Shown here one piece after another: positions 13,001 to 24,153 of a stretch of DNA of 64,000 nt. The stretch covers positions 23,622,001 to 23,686,000 of the forward strand of contig NC_088794.1 of the NCBI RefSeq assembly GCF_011386835.1, written 5' to 3'. The notes beneath the pieces were generated by a model. The model had not been told where the DNA came from. It ran no database searches and was given only the letters and a program-made list of their open reading frames with translations. How positions within the stretch are numbered: the stretch's first letter is position 1; the number at the start of each line of letters is the position of its first letter. The translations under genes were made by a program, and so were the position numbers. This DNA is from Chrysemys picta bellii. Lineage: Eukaryota.

Positions 13001-13021
13001 AGCTCTGTCCAGGGTGCTGAA
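13001..13021 (-). promoter_or_regulatory. RE1/NRSE (REST/NRSF) binding site candidate
   Basis: Minus strand TTCAGCACCCTGGACAGAGCT vs consensus TTCAGCACCnnGGACAGnGCC. Both half-sites perfect, canonical 2-nt spacer, only the last base differs. Lies in a neuronal gene. Confidence 0.7.
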
Positions 13022-13147
13022 TTCAGCTGGACAGCAGCAGCTCCTCCAGCAAACCGTCTTCCAGCGAGACTCAGTAATTGAGCGCTGGCAGCACAAGAAC
13101 AGCAATCCTTGGAGAGGAAAGGGAGCCAGCTGCTCCCCCCCACCATG

Positions 13148-13769
13148 CATAGAATCATAGAATATCTGGGTTGGAAGGGACCTCAAGAGGTCATCTAGTC
13201 CAACCCCCTGCTCAAAGGAGGACCAATGCCCAACTAAATCATCCCAGCAAAGGCTTTGTCAAGCCAGGCCTTAAAAAACTTCAAGGAAGGAGACTCCACA
13301 ACCTCCCTAGGTAACGCATTCCAGTGCTTCACCACCCTCCTAGTGAAATAGTGTTTCCTAATATCCAACCTGGACCTCCCTCACTGCAACTTGAGACCAT
13401 TGCTCCTTGTTCAGTCATCTGCCACCACTGAGAACAGCCAAGCTCCATCCTCTTTGGAACCCCCCCTCAGGTAGTTGAAGGCTGCTATCAAATCCCCCCT
13501 CATTCTTCTCTTCTGGAGACTAAACAATCCCAGTTCCCTCAGCCTCTCCTCATAAGTCACGTGCTCCAGCCCCCTAATCATTTTTGTTGCCCTCCGCTGG
13601 ACTCTTTCCAATTTTTCCACATCCTTCTTGTAGTGTGGGGCCCAAAACTGGACACAGTACTCCAGACAAGGCCTCACCAATGTCGAATAAAGGGGAACGA
13701 TCACGTTCCTCGATCTGCTGGCAATGCTCCTACTTATACAGCCCAAAATGCCATTAGCCTTCTTGGCAA
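13148..13769 (-). mobile_element. CR1 LINE, 5'-truncated 3' fragment (~620 bp)
   Basis: catagaatcatagaa tail. ORF 13411-13746 gives CR1 ORF2 C-terminus ([42 protein letters not shown]). Confidence 0.95.
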
Positions 13770-14391
13770 TACTGCTAACGACACCCTTCTTTCGCCATCA
13801 GGCTGTGGGTTGTGCACTCCAATTCCTACCTTCTTTGCTGGTGGGCCAGAAAAAGTTGGGCTGACAAAAGGAGAGCACCATGTGCATTGCTCCAGGTGAT
13901 TGCTCCTCTTCTCCATTCATCCCAGCTGTTCTATCTGCCTGATCTATAATTGCAGTTATTTGTATTTGCCTCCTGTAACCCTGGCACAAGGCTGTTTACC
14001 AAGGTCAAGTGCGTGGACGTTTTGTTTTATTTTAATCTCAACAAGACTTATCTGCCGAAGCAAACCTCCATACATTTGTGATTAGATAGATGGAGATTTC
14101 ACAGCTGTGCACTGCAAAACAAAAGCACCCTTAAAAGTCAACTTGATAATGAATTCCTGAGTTGCCATCAATGCCATGAATTACTCCAAGCCGCTCTGAA
14201 ATCCAACGGAGTGTAATTAGAACACAAAGGAAAGTTGGGGGGTGTTTTGTTTTGCTCCTACTCACCTTCTGGTTTTGTACTGCCACCCATCACCATGGTA
14301 CCTGAGCAGCCCTCCTTAAGTGCATTCTCTGAACAATGTTGCAACAAATGGTCTTATGCAAGGAAAATAGGTTGGTTTTAATAAAAGTAGA

Positions 14392-14510
14392 GGCAGCAGT
14401 GTGGTCTAATGGATAAGACACTGGGTTGGGAGCCACATGAACTGGTTACTTGACCTTGAGCAAAGTCACTCTCTGCTGTGTGCCTCAGTTTCCCCATCAG
14501 TTAAATGATC
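14392..14510 (+). mobile_element. MIR-like SINE (tRNA head + CORE)
   Basis: gcagtgtggtctaatggataagacactgggttgggag head and gtgcctcagtttccccatc core. Confidence 0.6.
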
Positions 14511-15785
14511 ATTCCCGCACATTCCCTTTCCACCAAGCATTCATGCTGTTAAGAGCCAGATTGCACAAGCATTTTTAGGGAATAAATGCCACAGGGCTGT
14601 GAATATGGGGTTCATTTGAAAATCTAAATGAATATGCATGGGAAATACGTTTCCAGTATTTGCTCACTTTGGTAATTACACTCTGAAAAAAGACACTGAA
14701 AAAGAGAGCCATTGAAAGGGAATGGATTTAGACCCATCCAATGATTCCCAGATCTAATAAACTTAGTTTACGAGTCTGAAGATTATATTGCTAACTGCCA
14801 GTGCCACAAATTCAGCCTGTGATCTGAAGATCCCTGTGTTCTTTTTGTCTTAGATGCCATTCTTGATTATCTACAGACGCATTTCCAATGAACTTCTCAT
14901 TAGAACATCTAGGCGCAAGTTACAGAACTAGGAATTGTGGATTGAAGAAGCTTCATGTGGAAAAACAGAGAAACCTCCTCTTCAGATTGCACTGATTGTT
15001 GCTGTGATAAAGATCAAGGCAAGGCCGCATGATCTAGTGGGTAGGGCACTAGACTGGCACTTCTGAGACCAGGTTTCTCATCCCAGCTCCTGATCAGCTG
15101 AGCATCCTTGTGCAAATCATAGAATATTAGGATTGGAAGAGACCTCAGGAGGTCATCTAGTCCAATCCCCTGCTCAAAGCAGGACTAACACCAACTAAAC
15201 ATCCCAGCCAGGGCTTTGTCAAGTCGGGCCTTAAAAACCTCTAATGAAGGAGATTCCACCACCTCCCAAGGTAACCCATCCCAGCGCTTCACCACCCTCC
15301 TAGTGAAATAGTGTTTCCTAATATCTAGCCTAGACCTTCCCCACTGCAACTTGAGACCATTGCTCCTTGTTCTGTCATCTGCCACCACTGAGAACAGCCT
15401 AGCTCAAGTCATCCTCTTTGGACCCCCCCTTCAAGCAGTTGAAGGCTGCTATCAAATCCCCCCTCACTCTTCTCCTCTGCAATCTAAATAAGCCTAGTTC
15501 CCTCAGCCTCTCCTCGTAAGTCATGTGCCCCAGTCTCCTAATCATTTTCATTGTCCTCCGCTGGATTCTCTCCAATTTGTCCACATCCCTTCTGTAGTGG
15601 GAGGACCAAAACTGGACACAATACACCAGGCGTGGCCTCACCAGTGCTGAATAGAGGAATGGGGAATCACTTCCCTCAATCTGCTGGCAATGCTCCTACT
15701 AATACAGCCCAAAATGCCGTTGGCCTTCTTGGCAACAAGGGCACACTGCTGACTCATATCCAGCTTCTCATCCACTATAATTCCC

Positions 15786-15992
15786 GAAAAAAGAAGAACA
15801 GGAGTACTTGTGGCACCTTAGAGACTAACAAATTTATTAGAGCATAAGCTTTCGTGGACTACAGCCCACTTCTTCGGATGCTGTAGTCCACGAAAGCTTA
15901 TGCTCTAATAAATTTGTTAGTCTCTAAGGTGCCACAAGTACTCCTGTTCTTCTTTTTGCGGATACAGACTAACACGGCTGCTACTCTGAAAC
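15786..15992. mobile_element. Penelope-like element terminal fragment with inverted duplication
   Basis: Perfect 78-bp inverted repeat (15788-15865 / 15880-15957). Ends ggctgctactctgaaac. 11-bp TSD ctataattccc at 15775-15785 and 15993-16003. Confidence 0.85.
15842..15881 (-). ncRNA. Minimal type I hammerhead ribozyme-like motif (Penelope-type)
   Basis: GCAU-CCGAAGA-AGUGGGC UGUA GUCCAC-GAA-AGCU-U-AUGC. Stem I GCAU/AUGC, core CCGAAGA (U4C variant of CUGANGA), stem II, GAAA, palindromic AGCU stem III. Activity untested. Confidence 0.6.
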
Positions 15993-16427
15993 CTATAATT
16001 CCCAAGTCCTTTTCTGCAGAACTGCTGCATAGCCAGTCAGTCCCCAGCTGTGCATGGGATTCTTCCATCCTAAGTGCAGGACGCTGCACTTGTCCTTGCT
16101 GAACCTCATCAGATTTCTTTTGGCCCAATCCTCCAATTTGTCTGGTCACTCTGGACTCTATCCCCACCCTCCAGCATATCTACCTCTCCCCCCAGCTTAG
16201 TGTCATCTGCGAACTTGCTGAGGGTGCAATCCATCCCATCATCCAGATCATTAATAAAGATGTTGAACAAAACTGGCCCCAGGACCGACCCCTGGGGCAC
16301 TCTGCTTGATACCGGCTGCCAACTAGACATCGAGCCGTTGATCACTACCCGTTGAGCCTGACAATCTAGCCAGCTTTCTATCCACTTTATAGTCACTTCC
16401 CTTCCTCTTCATATCTTTTTTCCCTCA

Positions 16428-16552
16428 CACCCTTTGTCTATTTAGACTGTAAGCTGTTTGGGGCAGGCGCTGTCTCTTACTAAGTGTATGTACGGTGTCT
16501 AGCACAATGGTGCCCTGATCTTGGTTGAGCTACCATAATACCAATAATAAGG
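16428..16552 (+). mobile_element. L2-tail/MIR-like 3' end
   Basis: ttagactgtaagctgtttggggcagg..tgtacggtgtctagcacaatgg..ataccaataataa. Confidence 0.6.
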
Positions 16553-17376
16553 AGAAGTCATTTTTATATCGTCACCTTTTCCAGCAATGACAATTTAAGT
16601 ACTCGATCTTTACATCAGGTGGGCAACCACATGTTGAAAAGTGAAACAAATGATCCTGCAACACCTTTGCATGCATCGTCACACTGGTTGTTTGTGGAAG
16701 TGACGGATTAGCAATCTCCCAATTTGCATGCACAAGTCTGACCTGCAACCACTCTCCTATCTCGTTTATACCCTAAGACGTTAGAGCGGCTGAAACCTCC
16801 ATTTAATATTATCCAAACCTTCTTTACATTCTTGCTAGCTGAGTCACTTCTTTTACGTGACATGCCGAGGCACCGAGCACAAGTAATGAACCCAGCTCAA
16901 CTGGAAATAGACAGACATGAATATCACATAGTAATGAACAAATGCATCATAAATATATATTGGCCTCTTGAGGAAAAATATAGAAAACCCAGTGAAGGAT
17001 AAAACAGGACAGAGAGAGAAAAATGACAATATGAAATTGATTCAGACAGATGACTAAGGAATCTTGCATTTGGCTCGAAATATTACCCTCTTCACAAAAT
17101 AGAGAGCTGCACATTATGAAGCATTGCATAACATGTGTTGCACACCGGTTAAATTACATAAATATAAAGCTAATATTTCATCTCAATGTGTTTGGTGATG
17201 GAGCGAGAAGAGGCCAAAGAGCGTGCATGTTTGCATATCCTATGGTATTGCAAGCAGGCTTTGTCCTTTCCCAGCCCAGAGTGTTTGAAGCAGCGTCAAC
17301 TATTCTGGGATCAGAGACAGACTTGGATATGACTAGAAGAGGGGGCTGGGAAGGCATCCCAACTTCTGGGTCTGCC

Positions 17377-17886
17377 CATACACACTGCCTATAACAGACC
17401 AGGGAGGATCATAGAATATCAGGATTGGAAGGGACCTCAGGAGGTCATCTAGTCCAACCCCCTGCTCAAAGCAGGACCAATCCCCCAGGATGCCGGATGC
17501 CTGGGCCGTGGTGGCCCTGCCTGCGCTCCGCCTCTTTCCGTCCCTGCTCTGTCCCTTCCCCGAGGCCCCCACCGCTGCCTGGTAAGTCCCTCCTGTCCTC
17601 CACTCCACCTCCCTCCTCCAGAGCTCCCCACCACTCCCCGCATCAATCCTCCTCCACCCCACCTCCCCGCGAGACACACACCCCTCCCCCACCTGCTGTG
17701 TCCCTGCGGGCAGTGGGAGCCTTGCAGGAGAGGGGGGGAAGAAAGGAGGGATATGGGGAGAGGGGGAGGGAACCAAGGAGGCGGGGCATGGGGCAGAGCA
17801 GAGGTGGAGTGTGGGCAGGGCCGTGGGCAGAAGAGGCGGAATGGGAAACTAGCCTCCCTCGGGGGAAACTTCACCCACTGTCCATG
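17377..17886. mobile_element. GC-rich hAT-like MITE carrying a nested CR1 3' stub
   Basis: Ends cata.. / ..ccatg. Flanking 8-mers ggtctgcc (17369-17376) and gctctgcc (17887-17894) match 7/8. Confidence 0.55.
17408..17486 (-). mobile_element. CR1 extreme 3' end
   Basis: atcatagaatatcaggattggaagggacctcaggaggtcatctagtccaaccccctgctcaaagcagg. Confidence 0.85.
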
Positions 17887-18229
17887 GCTCTGCCATTAAT
17901 TTCCCATGCAGCCTTAGGTGGATACCTTTACACACCCCTGTGTCTTAGTACCAGCCTGCAAAATCAGAAATAGCAGCTGCCTTTGTAAAGCACTCGAGAT
18001 GCACTAGGATAAAGTGGCAGCTGTTAAAAGGTGCACACAAGACAGTCGGAAATGCACAACAATTTTATTGAACCTACAGACTTACAAACACCACAAATTA
18101 CCCTATACTTACATGGCAATAGATGGTGCTCTCTCAATACTCATCTAGCTACACATATACCAATGCTGCTTTCTCAATATAGGAAATCAACTGTACTACT
18201 GCTGGTAACTACTGGTAAATATTGACTTT

Positions 18230-18350
18230 TTAATGGCCAGCCCTGGGTCAAAGTTTATCTTATCCTTGTCTTGCACCCATGGTCCATCTGGTCTAATGCC
18301 CTGTCTCTGACAATGGCTAGTACCATCTGCATCAGAGGTGGGTGCAAAAA
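18230..18350 (-). mobile_element. Older CR1 subfamily 3' UTR remnant
   Basis: catggtccatctggtctaatgccctgtctctgacaatggctagtaccatctgcatcagag resembles CR1 3' UTR in reverse. A similar remnant lies near 20780-20910. Confidence 0.4.
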
Positions 18351-19487
18351 ACCCTTCACTGATGGGACAGTCTGCCCCCAAGGGAAGCTTCTTTTCAGCT
18401 CGTTAGTAGGTTTATGCCCTGAGGCAGCAATGTACATGCAACAGCATTAATCCGAGACTTTGGTAAATACTGTAATGGCAGGTCAAGTTGATAATGCACC
18501 AGAAAGAAAACAGCTTGAATGCTTACTGGTAACTACAATAATGAACATTATCACATTATGAAAATACGAATGTACTCCAAAGACTCAGGACGGGCATAAA
18601 GAATTGAAGCACAGCTGTGTTATGGAGGAGATGGCAGGCCCGCACACATGCAGAGGAAGTATAAAGGCACACCAAGAAATCTGGGACTTTAATTTTAAAT
18701 ATTTCGTTGAGAAAGATGCCAGGAAAAGGCAGCATTGCCTCGCTTTGATTATTCCAAGGAAAGCCAGCTGGCTGGTGACTGAGGTGTAATATACTGATGC
18801 AAGCTGATTTCAGGTAAACTTTGTGGCTTGACAAACTGCCAGAGTCTCATTCACACCGCTCCGGCAGCGTAAAGGGGCCTTGACATCGGAATACATTACA
18901 TGCCCCTTTATACTACCAGAGTGGTGCAAAGGGGCCTTAGAGTAAAGAAAAACCTGGCCCCTATGTATATTTTTATATATTCTTCATTCACTGAATCTGG
19001 CTTGACACCACTGTAACTCCACTGGCTTCAATGGGGCCACTCCATATTTACACCAGTATAAGAGAAAGAAGAATCAGGCCCAACCTATTTTCTTTGTAGA
19101 TGCTCAGCACGTTGGGCGCACGTTGCACTCTTGAAAATCTGCCTGACTCTGCCCCCATTGAAGTCAATGGGAGTTTCTGAATCATTGGCTTCCAGAGCTG
19201 GACCAACACTGAATCCTTTTGAAAATCCCAATCCTACCTAGAAGGTCCAAGGGCCGGGTTTTTCAGAAGAGCTCAGCTCCCATTTACGCCCCTAAATAAG
19301 GGCCAGATTTTCAAGGGACACTTCTGGGCAGAGCTGCACATGCACCCAACATGTGGCGCTCTCCTGAATATCTCAACCCAGCTGCGGGTGTTCAGTCCTT
19401 CTGAAAACGTGTACTCAAATAAAACGAAACAGAGATGCATCAGAGATGATCACACATTCCTTGATGACCCAAGCACTGTTATATGAA

Positions 19488-19669
19488 GATATACCGATCT
19501 CATAAAACTGGAAGGGACCCCGAAGAGTCATCAAGTCCAGCCCCCTGCCTTCACTAGCAGGACCAAGTACTGATTTTGCCCCAGATCCCTAAGTGGCCCC
19601 CTTGAGGATTGAACTCATAACCCTGGGTTTAGCAGGCCAATGCTCAAACCACTGAGCTATCCCTCCCCC
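19488..19669 (-). mobile_element. Tortoise-type tRNA-derived pol III SINE with CR1-like 3' tail, full length
   Basis: Minus strand: gggggagggatagctcagtggtttgagc (A box) .. gagttcaatcc (B-box-like), then a tail sharing ggacttgatgac..ggtcccttccagt with CR1. Confidence 0.9.
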
Positions 19670-19882
19670 AACTGATGCCCTTTGAGGTATATGTATCTTG
19701 TATACAGCCATATTATTCCACCAGTAGCTGTAGGCCAGATTGTAAATACTCCAGCAGCACTGCTCACTGTGGTGAGTGACACAGCCTGGCCTGTAATGTA
19801 GGGTAGCGTTCTATTGCTCCGTAAATAAATGTGTTCCAGGAGCTACAGCAGGGGAGCAGGGTTACTTCTGATAATACAGTGA

Positions 19883-19923
19883 CTAATTACACTGCAGTTA
19901 TACTGTAATTACAGTGTAATTAG
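19883..19923. repeat. Nested palindrome with three TAATTA motifs
   Basis: 12-bp inverted repeat ctaattacactg / cagtgtaattag. Overlapping perfect 14-bp palindrome actgtaattacagt at 19902-19915. Confidence 0.8.
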
Positions 19924-22079
19924 GCTCTCTGATCACCAAATTAACACTAATTCACATAACCATAAGGTTAACTGTATAAACGAATTATGGCGCTCGGTCT
20001 TTGGTTAATACATATGTGTCTAGACTCCAAGTACATTAATTTACACTGTAATTGCTAAGTCAGATAGTTAACTGTCCAGTTACCTGCAATTATCACAAAT
20101 TCATTTGTCTTAAACCACAGCCACGCTAGATTTGGAGGATGACTCTAAGTCATTATAATCATTGTATTGGGAAGCCAAAGGGGGAGTCAGGATTCCTGGG
20201 TTCTTATTCTGACTGTGTCATTGGCTCACTTTTTGACTTTAAGCCAGTCACTTTCTCGCTCTGTCTCTCATTCCCCCAATGGGGAAATGAGACTAATAGA
20301 AACAGCTTTGCAGCTGGGTTGCTCAGGAAAGAGACTCTCACTTCTGTGGTTCTCATCACATCATCTCTTAAAACAGCCTCAAGTCTACCCCACACCAACC
20401 CTCAACATCTGGCTGGATTCCCTATTGAGTGATTGGGCAGAACATTCAGTGGAGTGGCATCTGCAACTAAGGTGAAACTCCCCCGACGCCGGGGAGGCAG
20501 GCATGAGGCCTAGGCATTACTTACATCCCAGGGCTCAGCGAAACAGTCTCTATGCACAGGAGTGAACTTCACCCCTCATGCAGCTGGCTCACCAGGTCTA
20601 ATCACTATGATATTTCAGCTTATCACGTGGGCACTCACATCTGGTCAAACTTGTTGCTTAGTGGGAGCAAAGTCATTGTGGGGTCATGTGACCTGCTTGA
20701 TCTCTGGAACAAAGCAAAGAACCCAGGGGAGGCAAATAATTTGGCCCCTTAAATATCCCCCTCATTCCAGAGCCCTTCCATGGGGACAGCAATGAAAATA
20801 GACGACTTGCCATATTGTATCGGACCCATGGTCCGTCTAGCCGTTGGCGTGTCCAGTATCTGGTCTCCAATGGTGGATAGTAATAACTGCTTCAGAAGAA
20901 GGTAAAAGAAACCTTTCATAGGCAGTTATGACCTGGATGCAGACCTGGGTTCCCTCAGCCCCTATCCCAGCCTCAGAAGCCCCTTGAAATCTGGTACGCC
21001 TTTCCTCAGAGCCATCCCCTTGCTGTGCTGAATTTGCGTTGGAGCAGACAGCTCTTCTGGCTGTGGCAGCGTGATGCAGCAAGGACAAGTGGTGCTGAAA
21101 AGATGTATAGACCTCTCTGTGGCAGAGGATGAAGCTGATGGATGGAGGAGGCAGGTGAGGGACTGAACACACAACCTCCAAGGTGAAGCAGAACTGTAAC
21201 CTTGGGTTCCTCCTGGCTCTAGGTTGATTGGGAATCCATAGGCAATTTAGTGCCTCAACTAGAAAAATGCCAGATTTGAGGCCTTATCTAAAAGCTGTTG
21301 AAATCTACGGGAGTCTTTCTGCTGACTTCAGATCAAGTCCTTAGGGAGGACCAAATCCAGGCCTCATGGTCTGATGCCATAACCCTCAAGAAGGAACTTC
21401 CAGCAACGTTCTTATCCAGCAGAATTTCCCTCTCCCTGCCCTCCTCCAGCAGCCCCAGCTCCCACCAAGAACAGCACAGGGTCCTTGCAAGTCAATCTGT
21501 TGGAGCTACATTTAGCTTCAGTCCACCCTAAGTAGAGCTGCAGCTTGCCCCAGTGACACGCCAGTCGTCTCTCAACCCTAACAGACAAAACCAGGTTCAG
21601 CTTCTGGAACTCTGCAGATTCTTGCAATAGTGTCTCCTTAAGGGCAAAAGAGCAATTACCCAGCACCACCTTGTGAAGTCTCTCCGAACAAAGCCTTTTG
21701 AATATGCCCACTAATCCTGCCAGGGTCTGCCCTGAGTCGAGAGACCCCTCTGACCCACCTTTCCAAGGTGCTGAGCACCTGCAACTCCCATTGAAATTCA
21801 CCCCTTAAGAACATTTTTATAGACCTTGAGAACCCTGTCAGAACCCAGCCCCAGAGAAAGGAGGGAACCACCAAGAGAAAACTGTCGCTCCCACAACTCG
21901 GGTCATCAGGTAGAAAACAAACTACATTTTAACACAGCCAAATGCAAGGTCATACATCTAGGAACAAGGAATGCAGGCCACACTTCCAGCATGGGGGTGT
22001 ATCCTGGAAAGCAGGGGTCAAAGTGGGCAAGCAACTCAACATGCGCGCCCAGGGAATGCGGTGGCTAAAAGGTCTAATG

Positions 22080-22298
22080 CAGTGGTCCTCAAAGTTTTGT
22101 ACAGGTGACCCCTTTCACATAGCAAGCCTCTGAATGAGATCCCCCCCTTATAAATTAAAAATACTTTTAAATATATTTAACACCATTATAAATGCTGGAG
22201 GTGAAGCAGGGTTAGGGTGGAGGCTGATAGCTTGCGACTCCCCATGTAATAACCTCGCAACTCCTGAGGGGTCCCAACCCCCAGTTTGAGAACCCCGG
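22080..22298. mobile_element. hAT (Charlie-like) MITE
   Basis: TIRs cagtggtcctcaaa / tttgagaaccccgg. Perfect 8-bp TSD gtctaatg at 22072-22079 and 22299-22306. Confidence 0.85.
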
Positions 22299-22671
22299 GT
22301 CTAATGTGAGCCTCAGACATGTAAACAGGGGAATGTTGAGCGGTAGCGAGGAGGCGATTTTAGCTCTGGATATGGCACTAGTGAGGCCAATACTGGAACG
22401 CTGCATACAGTTCTGGTGTGCACATTTTTAACAGGTTATTGACAAACTGGAGAGAGTTTGCAGAGAAAAACCACAAAAACAACTGGAGGGCTAGAAACAA
22501 AAATATGCTTTACAGTGAGACTTAACGAGCTCAAATGGTTCAGTTTGTCAAAAAGGAGACTGAGCGACGACTTGGTTACCGTGTACAAGTACGTTCCTGG
22601 GGAGAAAGTAACAGGTACTAGAGGGCTCTTTAACCTAGCAGAGAAAGGCACAAGAACCGATGGCTAGAAGC

Positions 22672-22763
22672 TGATTTAGTTGGGGTTGGTCCTGCTTTGA
22701 GCAGGGGGTTGGACTAGATGACCTCCTGAGGTCCCTTCCAACCCTGACGTTCTATGATTTTAT
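22672..22763 (+). mobile_element. Young CR1 3' stub inserted in an older CR1
   Basis: gatttagttggggttggtcctgctttgagcagggggttggactagatgacc..ttctatgattttat. Host CR1 resumes on both sides. Confidence 0.8.
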
Positions 22764-23062
22764 AAGTTAATGCCAGACAAATTCAAATTAGAAATAAAGC
22801 ACTAATTTTTAACACTGACGATGATTAATCATTGGAACTAATTACCAAGGGCAGTGGTGGATCTGCCATCTCTTGAAGTCTTCAGATCAAGACTGGAGTC
22901 TTGTCCGGGAGGTATGCGTTAGTCAAACATCCATCCTGGCTCAGTACAGGAGTAACTGGGTGAAATTCTCTGCTCTGCACTATGCAGGAGATCAGACTGG
23001 ATGATCTAATGGTTCCTTCTTTCTGGCCTTAAAATCTATCAATAACAAATGCCACTTGCTCA

Positions 23063-23329
23063 GGTATGTCTATACTTCAATTAAAAACCCGCAAGTGCCC
23101 TGTGCTGACTGACTCAGACTTGTGGGGCTCAGGCTAAGGAGCTGGTTAATTGCTGTGTAGACATTCAGGCTCGGGCAGCCCAGGCTCTAGGACCCTGCGA
23201 GGTGGGAGGGTCCCAGAGCTCAGGCTGCACTGTCTAAACTGCAGTTAAACAGTCCCTTGGCCGTAGCCCCCATGAGCCCAAGCTGGCACAGGCCAGCCAG
23301 GCGTGTCTAATTGCAGTGTAGACACACCC
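23063..23329. mobile_element. Harbinger-type MITE, complete
   Basis: Termini ggtatgtctatact / cagtgtagacacaccc. 3-bp flank tca on both sides. Confidence 0.85.
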
Positions 23330-24115
23330 TCAGACTCCGTATTGGAGGCAGATCTCTAAGAAAGGGCTACCGCACTGGGGGGAACAGGCCTGAGCCACAG
23401 GACAGCAAAGCCACCCTGCTGGGATAGAATCCAGCTGCCATTTGCCTTTAAAATAAAGTCTTTGCTCCAGGCACATCCATCAGGAACGGAAGCATCAGTC
23501 AGTGGCCACTAGCAGAGGCCGGATGCTGAACTTGACGGATCAGCGCTCTGACACAGTACTGCAAATCCAATATTCTTAACACCTCCTCTACCACTGCCCC
23601 CACCACCAGCATGACAGACTGTCTAGCTCCAGGGCTCCAGGGCGGGCACTCACACAGCACCAGGGGAACAGGAGCCCCCCCCAACCTGTGCAAGCTGGGG
23701 AGAAAAGAGCTCTTCTCCTGGATGGCAAATCTGTGAGAGAGAATGCAAAGCGATAACAAAAAACAGTTACTTTCCCCTTTATTCTGCTCATTGTCAGATG
23801 AGTCGTGTTATCATTAGGGTTCAGATGGGGCTGCTGCTTAGCACTGACAAACCCCAGTCGGGTTGGCAGCTAAGCTGTTAACGGAGAGCAAGAAAAATCC
23901 TTTTTCTACGCTAACACCACACTCCCTGCCTCCCTCCCCCTTTCTCATGCACACACAGCCTACATCCAGACAGGCACAGATACACACACAAGCACTGTCA
24001 CTCCCACGGCTATGGAGTCACAGGTATGTCTAGTCACATGTTCTGACTGCTATGTGCCACATATCTCTGAACATTCATATGCACGTTCAAGGTCTACAGA
24101 AATGCACCCAGACGT

Positions 24116-24146
<31 letters not shown>

Positions 24147-24153
24147 CACACAC
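24116..24153. repeat. (CA)n microsatellite, interrupted
   Basis: Direct observation. Sits in a CA-rich tract at about 23940-24390. Confidence 0.95.

Larger units (their letters stand above)
15118..16396 (-). mobile_element. CR1 LINE 3' fragment, interrupted by a Penelope-like insertion
   Basis: tcatagaa tail. ORF pieces with RT motif ([27 protein letters not shown]) and ORF2 C-terminus. Confidence 0.95.
21905..23043 (+). mobile_element. Old, degenerate CR1 3' portion, hosting two younger insertions
   Basis: Degenerate ORF2 C-terminal pieces (KCKVIHLG, DKLERV, NELKWFSLSKRRL) and 3' UTR ending gatgatctaatggttcc..aaaatctat. Confidence 0.8.

Noticed and set aside
17874-17894. RE1-like GGCAGAGCCATGGACAGTGGG (minus)
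   Set aside because: Weak left half and non-matching 3' tail. Coincides with a hAT terminus.
19590-19669. tRNA-like sequence (also 58730-58809)
   Set aside because: It is the head of a tRNA-derived SINE fused to a CR1-like tail, not a tRNA gene.
21755-21775. RE1-like CTCAGCACCTTGGAAAGGTGG (minus)
   Set aside because: Right half-site mutated (GGAAAG) and tail mismatched. Part of a common repeat.
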